A DNA stretch of 64,000 bases from Candidatus Methanomethylophilaceae archaeon (GTDB lineage Archaea > Thermoplasmatota > Thermoplasmata > Methanomassiliicoccales > Methanomethylophilaceae), in the NCBI GenBank assembly GCA_050944155.1, contig JBMNQN010000002.1, positions 32,001 to 96,000 of the forward strand, in the 5' to 3' direction. A model generated the notes under the pieces. The model did not search any database. It saw nothing but the letters and a program-made list of their open reading frames with translations, and was not told the origin of the DNA. A program made the position numbers and the translations under genes. Below, piece after piece: positions 21,722 through 34,614 of this stretch; the stretch's first letter is position 1, and each line of letters starts with the position of its first letter.

Positions 21722-22558
21722 TCAAATCCGATTTCGGCGGCACGTTGCCGTTAAATCCCCGTAAAGTTCCGGTTTTCTTTCGGATATGTAATAATTGTTT
21801 CCCATGATCCCGCCTTTGCGGGCCTTTGCGAGTTTTTCTCCGTCCAGTCCGGCGAGTACGATTTTTTCTTCGGATGAGTAGTCTTCGGCCAAAACTCTCC
21901 CTTTGAAGTCGAGTGCCAGCACTCCGCCTCCGGCAACACCCTCGGTTTCTCTGCGCAGCATGTTGCATGTAAGAACGTAAACGGTATCGTCCGAGGCACG
22001 GGTCGGAAGATATTTTCCCCAGATCTCCCTGCGGCTGTTTCCCCCGGGTCCCGACGCATAAGGTATCAGAACGATGTCGGCTCCTTTGACCGCGAGTATC
22101 CTGGTTATTTCGGGAAATCTGGATTCCCAGCAGAGGCATATTCCCGTTTTTCCGAACGAGGTATCGAACACTGGTATCGTGTTTCCGGCTTCGAAATAGT
22201 TTCTTTCGTTATGACCCAGATGTGTTTTTCTGTACTTTCCGACGATACTCCCGTTTTCCGCCAGAACGTGCGTTATGTATTTTTTCCCGCCGTCTTTTTC
22301 GACGAATCCCGCGGAGACGCATATGCCGTATTTTTTACTGATACCGCATATTCTTTTCACGGAAAGACCGTCCGCCGTTTCCGCGCATTCCGCAGCTTCG
22401 GGCAGAACGTAACCGGTTACGGAAAGTTCCGGAAAACATATCAGACGGGCTCTCCTGCGGGACGCTTCGGCGGAGAAGGATTCGATCGAATTCAGGTTAG
22501 CCTCCGTATCCGCAGGAACGGGCAGGAAATTCACCAGGGCCGCCGTAATGCTTTCCAT
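21722..22558 (-). CDS. Carbon-nitrogen hydrolase (nitrilase superfamily)
   Basis: FPEL, YRKTHL, ICLCWE catalytic E-K-C triad. Confidence 0.9.
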   Translation of the reverse strand: MESITAALVNFLPVPADTEANLNSIESFSAEASRRRARLICFPELSVTGYVLPEAAECAETADGLSVKRICGISKKYGICVSAGFVEKDGGKKYITHVLAENGSIVGKYRKTHLGHNERNYFEAGNTIPVFDTSFGKTGICLCWESRFPEITRILAVKGADIVLIPYASGPGGNSRREIWGKYLPTRASDDTVYVLTCNMLRRETEGVAGGGVLALDFKGRVLAEDYSSEEKIVLAGLDGEKLAKARKGGIMGNNYYISERKPELYGDLTATCRRNRI

Positions 22559-22598
22559 GCACCGGAATGCGAAATCCGGCTTATCATGTTACCGCAGG

Positions 22599-24368
22599 TC
22601 AGTTGAAGTCGCCCACGACGGCCTTTATTCTTCTCACTCCGGCCGCGGAACTTTCTTCCTTCGTAATTTTGAACCCTTTGAGTTCTCCGGTGTGTTTAAC
22701 GTGGGGTCCCCCGCAGATTTCGCAGGAAACGTCTCCTATGGAGTACACTTTCACGCGTTCGCCGTATTTATCCTGGAACACGCCTATGACGTTTCTTTCC
22801 TTGGCATCTTCGTAGGCGACTTCCTCGCATACGACGGGAAGGTCCATTCTGATGATTTCGTTGACGTATTCTTCGATTTCTTTGAGTTCTTCGGGAGTGA
22901 CCTTGCGGTCCAGGTTGAAGTCGAATCTGAGTCTTTCGGCTGTGATGTTGCTTCCTTTCTGCTTTATGTCCGGAGATACGATTTTTCTGAGCGCCGCGTT
23001 GAGAAGATGGGTCGCCGTGTGAAGTTTGGTGGTCTCTTCGCTGTGGTCGGCGAGCCCTCCCTTGAATTGATGTTCGGACCCGGCTCTGGAAACGTCCTGA
23101 TGTTCCTTGAAGCGTTTTTCGAAATCCTCCCTGTCGACCTTCAGGCCCTTTTCTTTGGCGAGTTCTTCAGTCAGTTCCACCGGGAAACCGAAGGTATCGT
23201 ACAGTCTGAACACCTGTTCTCCGTCGAGTACCTGCCCTGCCGAACATCCGGAAACGGTTTCTTCGAATCTGCGGAGTCCTTTTCTCAGAGTCCTGACGAA
23301 TTTTTCTTCTTCGGACTTCATTCCGTTTAATATGGCGTCCCGGTTCCTTTCAAGTTCGGGATATGCGGAAGAGTATCCGTCGATTATGACTTCGCAGATG
23401 CTTTCTATGCTGGCTTTTTCGTTTCCGATACGGGACATGTATCTGATTGCTCTGCGTATGAGTCTTCTGAGAATGTATCCCTGGCCCATTTTCGACGGAA
23501 CCACTCCGTCTCCCATTATGAAAACGGCCGCTCTCACGTGATCGGCGATTATTCTGAACGAGCGGACGTCGTCTTCGTACGATCCGCCGGTGATTTTTTC
23601 GATTTCTTTGATTATATCTTCGAAAAGTTCGGTGTCGTAGACGGTTTCTTTTCCGTTGATTATTCTAAGAACCCTTTCGAGACCCATACCCGTATCGACG
23701 TTTTTCTGGGCCAGAGGGGTGAATTTTCCCTCCGCGTCCTTGAAATACTCCATGAAAACGTTGTTCCAGATTTCGGTGAATTTGCCGCATTTACAGGAAG
23801 GCCCGCAGTCGGGACCACATTTCGGCCTCCCGTCGTCGAAGAATATTTCGGTATCCGGGCCGCAGGGTCCGGTCTGTCCGGCGGGTCCCCACCAGTTGTC
23901 CTTCCTTCCGTAGAAGTAAATCTGTTCTTTGGGTATACCCAGGCTTTCCCAGATTTCGGCGGTTTCGGTGTCTCTGGGAATATCGCCTTCTCCTTCGAAG
24001 GCGGTTACCGAAATCTGGTCAACTCTCAGTTTGAGAACTTCGGTGAGGAATTCGAAACTGTATGTTATGGATTCTTTTTTGAAATAGTCGCCCAGAGACC
24101 AGTTTCCGAGCATCTCGAAGAACGTAAGGTGGCTGGCATCGCCCACTTCGTCTATGTCGCCGGTTCTGATGCATTTCTGATAGTTTACCAGTCTTTTTCC
24201 CTGAGGGTGTTTCTCACCCAGGAGGTAAGGTACCAGAGGGTGCATTCCCGCAGTGGTGAACAGTACGGTCGGATCGTTCTCCGGTACCAGCGATGCGGAC
24301 CGGACAAATGCGTGTCCCCGTTCTTTGAAGAAATCGACGTATGCTTCTCTGAGCTCCTGTGCTTTCAT
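22599..24368 (-). CDS. alaS: Alanine--tRNA ligase, short bacterial type (589 aa)
   Basis: LFTTAGM, FFEMLGNWS, GPCGP, DTGMGLER, ADHVR, HTATH, CGGPH. Confidence 0.95.
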   Translation of the reverse strand: MKAQELREAYVDFFKERGHAFVRSASLVPENDPTVLFTTAGMHPLVPYLLGEKHPQGKRLVNYQKCIRTGDIDEVGDASHLTFFEMLGNWSLGDYFKKESITYSFEFLTEVLKLRVDQISVTAFEGEGDIPRDTETAEIWESLGIPKEQIYFYGRKDNWWGPAGQTGPCGPDTEIFFDDGRPKCGPDCGPSCKCGKFTEIWNNVFMEYFKDAEGKFTPLAQKNVDTGMGLERVLRIINGKETVYDTELFEDIIKEIEKITGGSYEDDVRSFRIIADHVRAAVFIMGDGVVPSKMGQGYILRRLIRRAIRYMSRIGNEKASIESICEVIIDGYSSAYPELERNRDAILNGMKSEEEKFVRTLRKGLRRFEETVSGCSAGQVLDGEQVFRLYDTFGFPVELTEELAKEKGLKVDREDFEKRFKEHQDVSRAGSEHQFKGGLADHSEETTKLHTATHLLNAALRKIVSPDIKQKGSNITAERLRFDFNLDRKVTPEELKEIEEYVNEIIRMDLPVVCEEVAYEDAKERNVIGVFQDKYGERVKVYSIGDVSCEICGGPHVKHTGELKGFKITKEESSAAGVRRIKAVVGDFN

Positions 24369-24421
24369 ATTTACACCGAATGAACGCGTGATGGGCTGGT
24401 CCCATAAAAACAATGGCTTTT

Positions 24422-25690
24422 TCAGGACAGCAGAATGGCTTCCGCCGCGTCCTTTGCGGCTTTTTCCGCCGGGCCCTCCGTCACTGTGACCGCCATGCCT
24501 CTGGAGGAAAGAACGCTCTTGGGCATATGTCCTATTTCGGAAACGGCGACGGCTCTGCAGTCTTTCAGCAGATCCGCCAGATGTCCGATTCTTCCTCTGT
24601 GCCCAGGTCCGGCCGTTTCGGTGTCCCTTTTCACTTCGACGTCTCTGACGAATCTTGCTTTCCTTCCGTCGGAGGCGAATATTCTGAACATCGGAGCGTT
24701 TCCGAATCCGCAGTCGGCGTTTTTCCCGTCGGAAGTGGCCACGGCTACGAATATTTCGTCGGGACGGAGAACGTCCGCGGGCATGGAAACGGGTTCGGAA
24801 GGTTCCGTAGGTCCGCATCCGGAACCGCAGGGTTTCGCGAATTCCGAGGAACGGTCTTCTCCCAGGAGGCCGACGGCGTCGGCGCGGCACTGTTTGCAGT
24901 GCCTCATCACTTTGGCGTATCCCGAGCACTTGTCCATGAGATCCTTCCTTTCTTTGGGAGTCGGTGCTTTTCTTTCCGCAAAAGGAGTTCCTTCGACGGG
25001 TATGAGAGGGAGTATGTTTACGGTGTACGCGCCCAATTTTTTGACTTCTCTTACGAGTTCGGGAATTTCACCGTCGTTGATCCCGGGAATCATAACCGTG
25101 TTGACTTTGACAACCATTCCCAGTCCTGCACAGATTCTGATTCCTTCTTTCTGATTCTCTATGAGACGTTCGGCGGCGGCCTTTCCGGTAAGTCTTTCTC
25201 CTTTCCACCTCACGCTTCCGTAAATCTGTCCCCCGGTCTCCGGATTCAGGGCGTTCATGGTTACGGTTATGAACCTGACGCCCAGACCGTAAAGTTCTTC
25301 CGCCCTTTCCGGAAGAGCCAATCCGTTGGTGGAAACGCAGGCGGTGAGTTCCGGATATCTCTCTTTCATCAGACGGAGGGTTTCGAAAGTTTCCTCGTTC
25401 GCAAGAGGATCGCCGGGTCCGGCTATTCCAAGAACTTTTAGATGGGGTATTTTTTCGAGAACGGTTCCGACTCTGTCCATTGCGGCCTCGGGGGAAAGCA
25501 CCTCGCTGGTGACCCCGGGACGGGATTCGTTGGAGCAGTCGTACTTTCTGTTGCAGTAATTGCACTGTATGTTGCATTTCGGTGCCACGGGAAGATGCAT
25601 TCTCGCAAACTTCGTGTGCGCCTCTTCGCTGTAGCAGGGATGGGTTTCCAATGCGGCTCTGAGTTTCTCTTCCGTGTTCACGTCCTCCAT
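24422..25690 (-). CDS. nifB: NifB radical SAM enzyme with C-terminal NifX-like domain
   Basis: HPC, CNIQCNYC, ESRP, AGPG, TVTMN, CKQCRADA fingerprint motifs. Confidence 0.93.
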   Translation of the reverse strand: MEDVNTEEKLRAALETHPCYSEEAHTKFARMHLPVAPKCNIQCNYCNRKYDCSNESRPGVTSEVLSPEAAMDRVGTVLEKIPHLKVLGIAGPGDPLANEETFETLRLMKERYPELTACVSTNGLALPERAEELYGLGVRFITVTMNALNPETGGQIYGSVRWKGERLTGKAAAERLIENQKEGIRICAGLGMVVKVNTVMIPGINDGEIPELVREVKKLGAYTVNILPLIPVEGTPFAERKAPTPKERKDLMDKCSGYAKVMRHCKQCRADAVGLLGEDRSSEFAKPCGSGCGPTEPSEPVSMPADVLRPDEIFVAVATSDGKNADCGFGNAPMFRIFASDGRKARFVRDVEVKRDTETAGPGHRGRIGHLADLLKDCRAVAVSEIGHMPKSVLSSRGMAVTVTEGPAEKAAKDAAEAILLS

Positions 25691-25728
25691 ATCTTCATTT
25701 AATTATTATAAGATAGATATGGGCACTT

Positions 25729-26130
25729 ATGGAAAGAGACGTCCGGTTCATGAAATCGATCATGAGCGACATGAATTCCAATCTCCCCGCGGAGAGGCGC
25801 ACTCTCACGGATTATCTGGAAAACGGGAATCTCTTTTACCGGAACAGAGCGGGAGACACTTTCGGAATAAACCTTTCGGAACTGGAAGATCTCGCGTCTT
25901 TCTGCACCGAACAGGAGAAGTTCGTACTCAGGATTCCGTTAATCATAAGCACGGATGTGTCGGGTGACCGCGGCGCATGGAAAACCGAAGGCGTCGCGGA
26001 AACTTCGGTTCTTTCCAAAATAACGGGGAAAAAGGTTTACGGGAAGAATATCCTGCGTTTGTACCATCCGGATCTGGCGGAGCTGCGCCGCAGATTTCCC
26101 ACGGCGACGGTTATAGCGTTCGTTCCGTAA
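25729..26130 (+). CDS. Small archaeal conserved protein, DUF61/UPF0216-like
   Basis: NSNLPAERRTL..L N-terminus and ELRRRFPTAT C-terminus resemble DUF61. Confidence 0.7.
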   Translation: MERDVRFMKSIMSDMNSNLPAERRTLTDYLENGNLFYRNRAGDTFGINLSELEDLASFCTEQEKFVLRIPLIISTDVSGDRGAWKTEGVAETSVLSKITGKKVYGKNILRLYHPDLAELRRRFPTATVIAFVP

Positions 26131-26228
26131 TTTCCGGCACGGAAAAACCGTTCCTTTCGGGAAAAAACGTCCGTCCCGGCATAAGACGGCGGTATCGGTC
26201 CTCGGCCGGGGCCCGTCTTTGCTAAACC

Positions 26229-26264
26229 TATAAATATGAGTGTAGATTAGAGGGAGATGCGCGA
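26229..26264 (+). promoter_or_regulatory. 23S rRNA promoter (TATA plus initiator)
   Basis: TATAAATA at 26229 and GGAGATGCGCGA at 26253. Confidence 0.7.
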
Positions 26265-26506
26265 TGCAGCCCGCACGGATATGTACCGTGATAGAAAGGG
26301 CGTCGACGAGGTATTATATACCTCCTCGGTAATCCGCAATCCCGCCAGATTCCGGCTTGGAATATGGCTAAATGTAAGATAACGTGCACCCCGGGAGAGG
26401 TCCTCCTTGGGGGAAGTGGCGGAAGGGCCCCGTAAATGGAGGATGAGATCGGATAAGCCCGATGACCGCCGATCATACGCAACCTGGACGTGTGCTAGAT
26501 CATACG

Positions 26507-29423
<2,917 letters not shown>

Positions 29424-29742
29424 AGTGTGGTCTAGCAGTTAAACGGGTTGCGTATGAAAAATTCTCATCCTCATTTCCATTTTATTTCGTTTTTTCCTGC
29501 GGAACAGCGTAAGTTTTCGGTACCGTTTCCGGCAAATCCCGCCGATATTCCGATTATGCGCGCCGCACAGATCCGATTGTTTTTCGCCTGATGCGAATGT
29601 GTTCCCGGGACGGAGACGAACCCGCCTTTTTCGGCCGTTGTTGCATTCGCCGTACACCGTCGGAACGCCGTTTCGGCTCCCGAACGGCACCCGGATTGTT
29701 TCGCGCTATAATGTTAAATAGAGTGACAGAATCAGTTAATTC

Positions 29743-30375
29743 ATGGCGATATTCAGAATCGGTTCCCCCGTTCCCTACGATTCAAATATCTACCTCGTCA
29801 CCGGCGAGCGCACGATGCTGGTGGATACGGGAACCGGAAAGGCATCCGAACCGATTATCGGAAATATCGCGGAAATTCTGAACGGCAGAAAGCTGGATTT
29901 CGTGGTTCTGACCCACGGACATTTCGACCACATCGGCGGCCTGAAAGACATAGTCTCGAAGTTCCGTCCCGAAGTGTCGGCGGGCGCGGCGGATGCGGAA
30001 ACAATACGCAGGGGAGGCAGAGATTCCATCTTCGGAATGACACTGCACCCATGCGAGAACGTAAAAGAACTGTCGGAAAACGACATAATCGACTTGGGCG
30101 ACCGCCGTTTCCGCGTCATAGAGACGCCGGGACACACCGAAGGCTGCATATGTCTGTACGACGACGAATCCGGAGACCTTTTTTCCGGAGACACGGTGTT
30201 CGCCGACGGAATCGGACGTACCGATTTCGAAGGCGGCAGCATAACAAGCCTCAGAGAATCACTGAGAAAGCTTTCGCGGCTGAAGATCAAAGGACTATAT
30301 TCCGGTCACGGTCCCTGCGTCGAAAACGGCGGAGGAGAATCCGTAGCCAGAGGGCTCGTTTATGCCGGAGGATGA
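29743..30375 (+). CDS. MBL-fold metallo-hydrolase
   Basis: VDTG, THGHFDHIGG, TPGHT, SGD, SGHG. Confidence 0.92.
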   Translation: MAIFRIGSPVPYDSNIYLVTGERTMLVDTGTGKASEPIIGNIAEILNGRKLDFVVLTHGHFDHIGGLKDIVSKFRPEVSAGAADAETIRRGGRDSIFGMTLHPCENVKELSENDIIDLGDRRFRVIETPGHTEGCICLYDDESGDLFSGDTVFADGIGRTDFEGGSITSLRESLRKLSRLKIKGLYSGHGPCVENGGGESVARGLVYAGG

Positions 30376-30380
30376 ATCTA

Positions 30381-31016
30381 ATGAACGTATTGAAATGCAA
30401 CCCCAAACAGATTGACGCAGAAACCATGGACGCCATCATGCACGCCGCGGAGGACGTAGCGGCGGGAAAACTGATTGTGTATCCTACGGAAACCGTTTAC
30501 GGCATAGGAGCAGACCCATTCAACCAGAAGGCCGTGAAGAATCTCTACATGGCGAAAAAGAGGCCCTTCGACATGCCTCTTTCGGTCGCGGTTTCCGACA
30601 AGAAAATGATGGAAAAGGTCGCGGTTCTCAACGAAAACGCGGAAAAACTCATAGACACGTTCCTGCCCGGACCTCTCACTATAATAATCAAGAAGAGAGA
30701 GGAAATTCCCGATTTGGTCACTTCGGGTTCGCAGAAGGTCGGACTCAGGATTCCCGAAAACCGGATAGCCCTCGAACTCGTGAAACGCACCGGTCCGATA
30801 ATATCCACTTCGGCAAACCTGCATTCCCATCCCGACGCGGTGGACGTGAATCCGGCAATCAGGGACCTCGGAGACAAAGTATCCACGTATCTCGATGCCG
30901 GACCCTGCACTCTCGGAAAGCCGTCTACGATTGTCTGGCTCAATGCAGGAGAGATCGAAATCGTAAGACAGGGCGCAATAACCAAAGAGCAGATTGAGGA
31001 GGCTCTGCGTTGCTGA
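30381..31016 (+). CDS. L-threonylcarbamoyladenylate synthase (TsaC/YrdC, single domain)
   Basis: YPTETVYG, K.RP, PGPLT, STSAN, PSTI. Confidence 0.93.
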   Translation: MNVLKCNPKQIDAETMDAIMHAAEDVAAGKLIVYPTETVYGIGADPFNQKAVKNLYMAKKRPFDMPLSVAVSDKKMMEKVAVLNENAEKLIDTFLPGPLTIIIKKREEIPDLVTSGSQKVGLRIPENRIALELVKRTGPIISTSANLHSHPDAVDVNPAIRDLGDKVSTYLDAGPCTLGKPSTIVWLNAGEIEIVRQGAITKEQIEEALRC

Positions 31017-31900
31017 CCGCAGACGAGCTTTCCAAACTCAGAAAGGCGGGACGGGTAGCCGGCGAGGCCAGGGAAATAGGCCTTAATATGGTGAAACCCG
31101 GAGCGAAAGTTTACGACATAGCCCAGGAAGTCGAAGGCTACATACGCTCCCACGGCTGCGGTCTGGCATTTCCGTGCAACATAAGCATAAACGAAGTTGC
31201 CGCCCATTACACCCCCTCCGTAAACGATAAAAAAACCATCGAGGCGGGAGACGTAGTCAAGGTGGACTGCGGAGCCCATCTCGACGGCTTGGTCGGCGAC
31301 ACCGCCGGCACCGCCGAAGCCGGAACGTCCGCTTACACCCAACTCATACGCGCGTCCAGGGAGGCCAGGGACACCGTCGCGGAATTCATCGGAAACGGAA
31401 CGCCTCTTTCCGAAATCGGAAGAGCCGTGGAAATGACCATAAAATCCGAAGGTTTCGTACCCGTGAAGAATCTCTGCGGCCACCAGATAGACAGATACAA
31501 CCTTCATGCCGGTCTGTCCGTACCCAACTACGACGACGGAGACGGAACCATGCTCAACGGGGGCATGGTCGTCGCAATCGAACCTTTTGCCACCGACGGC
31601 GTAGGCGAAGTGGTTAACGGAAGGCCCGGAAACATAGTCAGAATACTCAGGGAAAGGGAAATCGAAGATCCCGACGCAAGACAGTTTTTCGAATACGCGA
31701 AAGAAGAATTCAGGACGTTTCCCTTCTGTGCCAGAAGCTGCGATTGGCCCAATGCGGAAAAATACGTAAGCAGGCTGATCAGACGGGGAGTGCTTTCCAG
31801 CTATGCCCAGCTTACGGAAGCGGGAAAAGGCATAGTGACCCAGCACGAACACACCTTCTATATAACCGAGGACAGGGCGGAAGTAACGACTCTTCCGTGA
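31010..31900 (+). CDS. map: Type II methionine aminopeptidase
   Basis: AFPCNIS.NEVAAHYTP, KVDCG, GHQI, AIEPF, QHEHT; TTG start. Confidence 0.95.
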   Translation: MLTADELSKLRKAGRVAGEAREIGLNMVKPGAKVYDIAQEVEGYIRSHGCGLAFPCNISINEVAAHYTPSVNDKKTIEAGDVVKVDCGAHLDGLVGDTAGTAEAGTSAYTQLIRASREARDTVAEFIGNGTPLSEIGRAVEMTIKSEGFVPVKNLCGHQIDRYNLHAGLSVPNYDDGDGTMLNGGMVVAIEPFATDGVGEVVNGRPGNIVRILREREIEDPDARQFFEYAKEEFRTFPFCARSCDWPNAEKYVSRLIRRGVLSSYAQLTEAGKGIVTQHEHTFYITEDRAEVTTLP

Positions 31901-31934
31901 GTTTTATTAACGAAACGTCTTTACGTTCAACTGC

Positions 31935-32019
31935 GCCGGAGTTGCCAAGCCAGGTCAAAGGCGGCAGACTCAAGATCTGTTCCCGCAGGGGTTCGCCGGT
32001 TCAAATCCGGCCTCCGGCA
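31935..32019 (+). tRNA. tRNA-Leu(CAA)
   Basis: GCCGGAG/CTCCGGC acceptor, GCAGA-CTCAAGA-TCTGT anticodon arm, long variable arm. Confidence 0.96.
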
Positions 32020-32203
32020 CTGTCAATTCTTTTTCGGGAGCCGTCCCGCGCGTATAATTCCGCACATAAGCTTTTAAATAAGGAGTCCTTCCGAGGCACT
32101 ACGCAAACCCGGGACCCGCCTTAAGGCGAAAACCGTGAGCGATGCCTGTCATGGCACCGCTTGGCTCATTCCCCCGAGGGGGAACATTTGCGGAGGAACA
32201 AAA

Positions 32204-32677
32204 ATGGCTAAAGAAAAGAAAGAGGCACCCAAGGCCGAAGACGAGAACTTCAACTTCATCGTCCGTATCGCCAACAGCGATATCGACGGACAGAAGGGAA
32301 CCGTCATAGGTCTCCAGGGCATCAAAGGCGTAGGAGCCAGAGTGGCTCAGACGGTTGTAAAGAAAGCGGGAATCGACCCTTCCGTGAAGATAGGTTCCCT
32401 TGACGAAGACAAAGTGAAGGAACTGGAAAACCTGGTTCTCACTTACGTCGAATACGCTCCTTCCTGGGCAATCAACAGGCAGATGGATTACGATTCCGGA
32501 GCCGACATGCACCTTCTCGGAAACGATCTCGACATCATCCAGAAGGACGACGTAAACAGAATGAAAATGATACGCAGCTACCGCGGAATCAGGCACGAGA
32601 CCCACCGCAAGGTAAGGGGTCAGAGAACCAGATCCAACGGAAGAAAGGGACTGACGCTGGGCGTCAAGAGGAAATGA
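32204..32677 (+). CDS. rps13: 30S ribosomal protein S13
   Basis: IKGVG, SYRGIRH, KVRGQRTRSNGR; GGAGG SD. Confidence 0.97.
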   Translation: MAKEKKEAPKAEDENFNFIVRIANSDIDGQKGTVIGLQGIKGVGARVAQTVVKKAGIDPSVKIGSLDEDKVKELENLVLTYVEYAPSWAINRQMDYDSGADMHLLGNDLDIIQKDDVNRMKMIRSYRGIRHETHRKVRGQRTRSNGRKGLTLGVKRK

Positions 32678-32687
32678 GGCGGTTTGA

Positions 32688-33338
32688 ATGGGAGATCCTA
32701 AATTTTCACGCAAATCCTACGAAACCCCGTCCCACCCGTGGCAGGGAGAGAGAATAAAGTCCGAGCGCGAAATCGTTACCGAATTCGGCCTTAAGAGCAA
32801 AACCGAATTCTGGAAAGCGCAGTCCGTTCTCAGGAATTACAGAAAACAGTCCAGAGAGCTTCAGGCCCGTCTCAGAGGAAACGACGCACAGGCCCAGATC
32901 GAAGCGGAGAACCTTCTGGCGAAATGCGGCCGCATCGGAATACTGCCCATGACCGGCGGAGACCTGAACGACATTCTGGTTCTCACCGAAAGGGACATCC
33001 TTTCCAGGCGCCTTCAGACGGTGGTTTACGAAAAAGGACTTGCCAGCACGATTAAACAGGCAAGACAGATGATCAACCACGGACACATCTTCATCAACGG
33101 ACACAGAGTGACCGTTCCCGGATACATAGTCCTCAGAAGCGAAGAGCCCACCGTGGAATACGCGCCCTCTTCCGCATTCACCGACGACATGCATCCCATG
33201 AGGGTTTCCGCGGAACAGGCCGCCGCCGCAGCCGAAGCCAAAGCGGCCCTGGCGGAAAAGGCACACAAGAGAAACGCCAAAGCGGCAAAAGAAGACGCCG
33301 AAGAGGCGGGAATAACAATCAAGGACGGTGAATTCTGA
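32688..33338 (+). CDS. rps4: 30S ribosomal protein S4
   Basis: MGDPK...HPW, RRLQT, QARQ.I.HGHI. Confidence 0.97.
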   Translation: MGDPKFSRKSYETPSHPWQGERIKSEREIVTEFGLKSKTEFWKAQSVLRNYRKQSRELQARLRGNDAQAQIEAENLLAKCGRIGILPMTGGDLNDILVLTERDILSRRLQTVVYEKGLASTIKQARQMINHGHIFINGHRVTVPGYIVLRSEEPTVEYAPSSAFTDDMHPMRVSAEQAAAAAEAKAALAEKAHKRNAKAAKEDAEEAGITIKDGEF

Positions 33339-33727
33339 TGGCTTCCGCAAAATGGGGAATAGCTAACATCTACGCCAGCTACAACAACATCATGATCACG
33401 CTTACCGACATCACCGGAGCGGAGACCATAGGCAAAGTGACCGGCGGAATGGTAGTCAAACAGGCTAAGGACCAGTCTTCTCCCTACGCAGCCCAGAAGG
33501 CCGCGGAGAAGATTGCCGAAATCGCCAAAGAGAAGGACGTTTCCGGAATACACGTCAAGGTACGCGCACCCGGAGGAAACAAATCCACCTCCCCCGGTCC
33601 CGGAGCTCAGGCAGCCATACGCGCACTCGCCAGAGCCGGACTGAGAATCGGCCGCATCGAAGACGTTACACCCATACCCCACGACGGTACGAAGAAGAAA
33701 GGCGGACGCAGAGGACGCAGGGTCTGA
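33338..33727 (+). CDS. rps11: 30S ribosomal protein S11
   Basis: [31 protein letters not shown]. Confidence 0.97.
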   Translation: MASAKWGIANIYASYNNIMITLTDITGAETIGKVTGGMVVKQAKDQSSPYAAQKAAEKIAEIAKEKDVSGIHVKVRAPGGNKSTSPGPGAQAAIRALARAGLRIGRIEDVTPIPHDGTKKKGGRRGRRV

Positions 33728-33738
33728 GGTGTTCCTCC

Positions 33739-34578
33739 ATGGAAATCGAAGTCATCGAAATGGCAGAGAGGAAGGCATCCTTCGTTCTGAAGAATTCCTC
33801 TCCCGCCAAGGCAAACGCCCTCAGAAGGACCATGATGTCCGACATACCCAAGATGGCCATCGACAAAGTCGAATTCCATCTGGGACAGATTATGGTGGAC
33901 GGAAAGGAATACGAGAGCGTAACGCCGCTGTTCGACGAGATCATCGCCCACAGGCTCGGAATGGTACCCGTACCCACGGACCTCGACACCTTCGGATTTC
34001 AGGAAGACTGCGCCTGTGGAGGCGAAGGCTGCCCCAACTGCGCCATAATGTACAGTCTGAACAAAATCGGACCCTGTACCGTTATGTCCGGAGATCTTAT
34101 GCCTCTCGGCAGTCCCGAACTCAAGGTTAAGGACGAGTTCATACCCATAGTGGAACTCACTGGCGAACAGGCCGTTCTCATCTACGCCACGGCGGTTATG
34201 GGAACAGCGGCCAAACATGTAAAATGGCAGGCTGTCAGCGGCACGGGTTACAAATATTACCCGATAGTCAAGGTCGATCCCAAGAGAGCGTCCGCCGAGG
34301 AAGTTCTGAACTGCGCGAAGGTGTGCCCCAAGCAGGTCTTCGAAATCGTGGGAGGAAAACTCACCGTCAAGAATCCCATGGAATGCACCCTGTGCAAATC
34401 CTGCGTGGAGTCCGTGCACGGAGACGGTTCCGTAACCGTCGAAGGAGACGATAAAAATTTCATCTTTACCTTCGAAACGGACGGTTCCCTTACCGCGGAA
34501 CAGGTTCTCAGGAAGGCTGCGGAGATATTGTCCGAGCGCGCCGCCTCCCTTGCGGAAAAGGTCGCCGCTCTGCAGTAA
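33739..34578 (+). CDS. rpoD: DNA-directed RNA polymerase subunit D (Rpo3)
   Basis: ANALRR, DEIIAHRLG, CACGGEGCPNC, ferredoxin-like CPK..CTLCKSC, FETDGSL. Confidence 0.95.
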   Translation: MEIEVIEMAERKASFVLKNSSPAKANALRRTMMSDIPKMAIDKVEFHLGQIMVDGKEYESVTPLFDEIIAHRLGMVPVPTDLDTFGFQEDCACGGEGCPNCAIMYSLNKIGPCTVMSGDLMPLGSPELKVKDEFIPIVELTGEQAVLIYATAVMGTAAKHVKWQAVSGTGYKYYPIVKVDPKRASAEEVLNCAKVCPKQVFEIVGGKLTVKNPMECTLCKSCVESVHGDGSVTVEGDDKNFIFTFETDGSLTAEQVLRKAAEILSERAASLAEKVAALQ

Positions 34579-34586
34579 ACATGTTT

Positions 34587-34604
34587 CCGGGGCAAACGCC
34601 CCGG
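34587..34604. terminator. Hairpin between convergent rpoD and polC
   Basis: ccggggc-aaac-gccccgg. Confidence 0.55.
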
Positions 34605-34614
34605 TCCTTATTTC

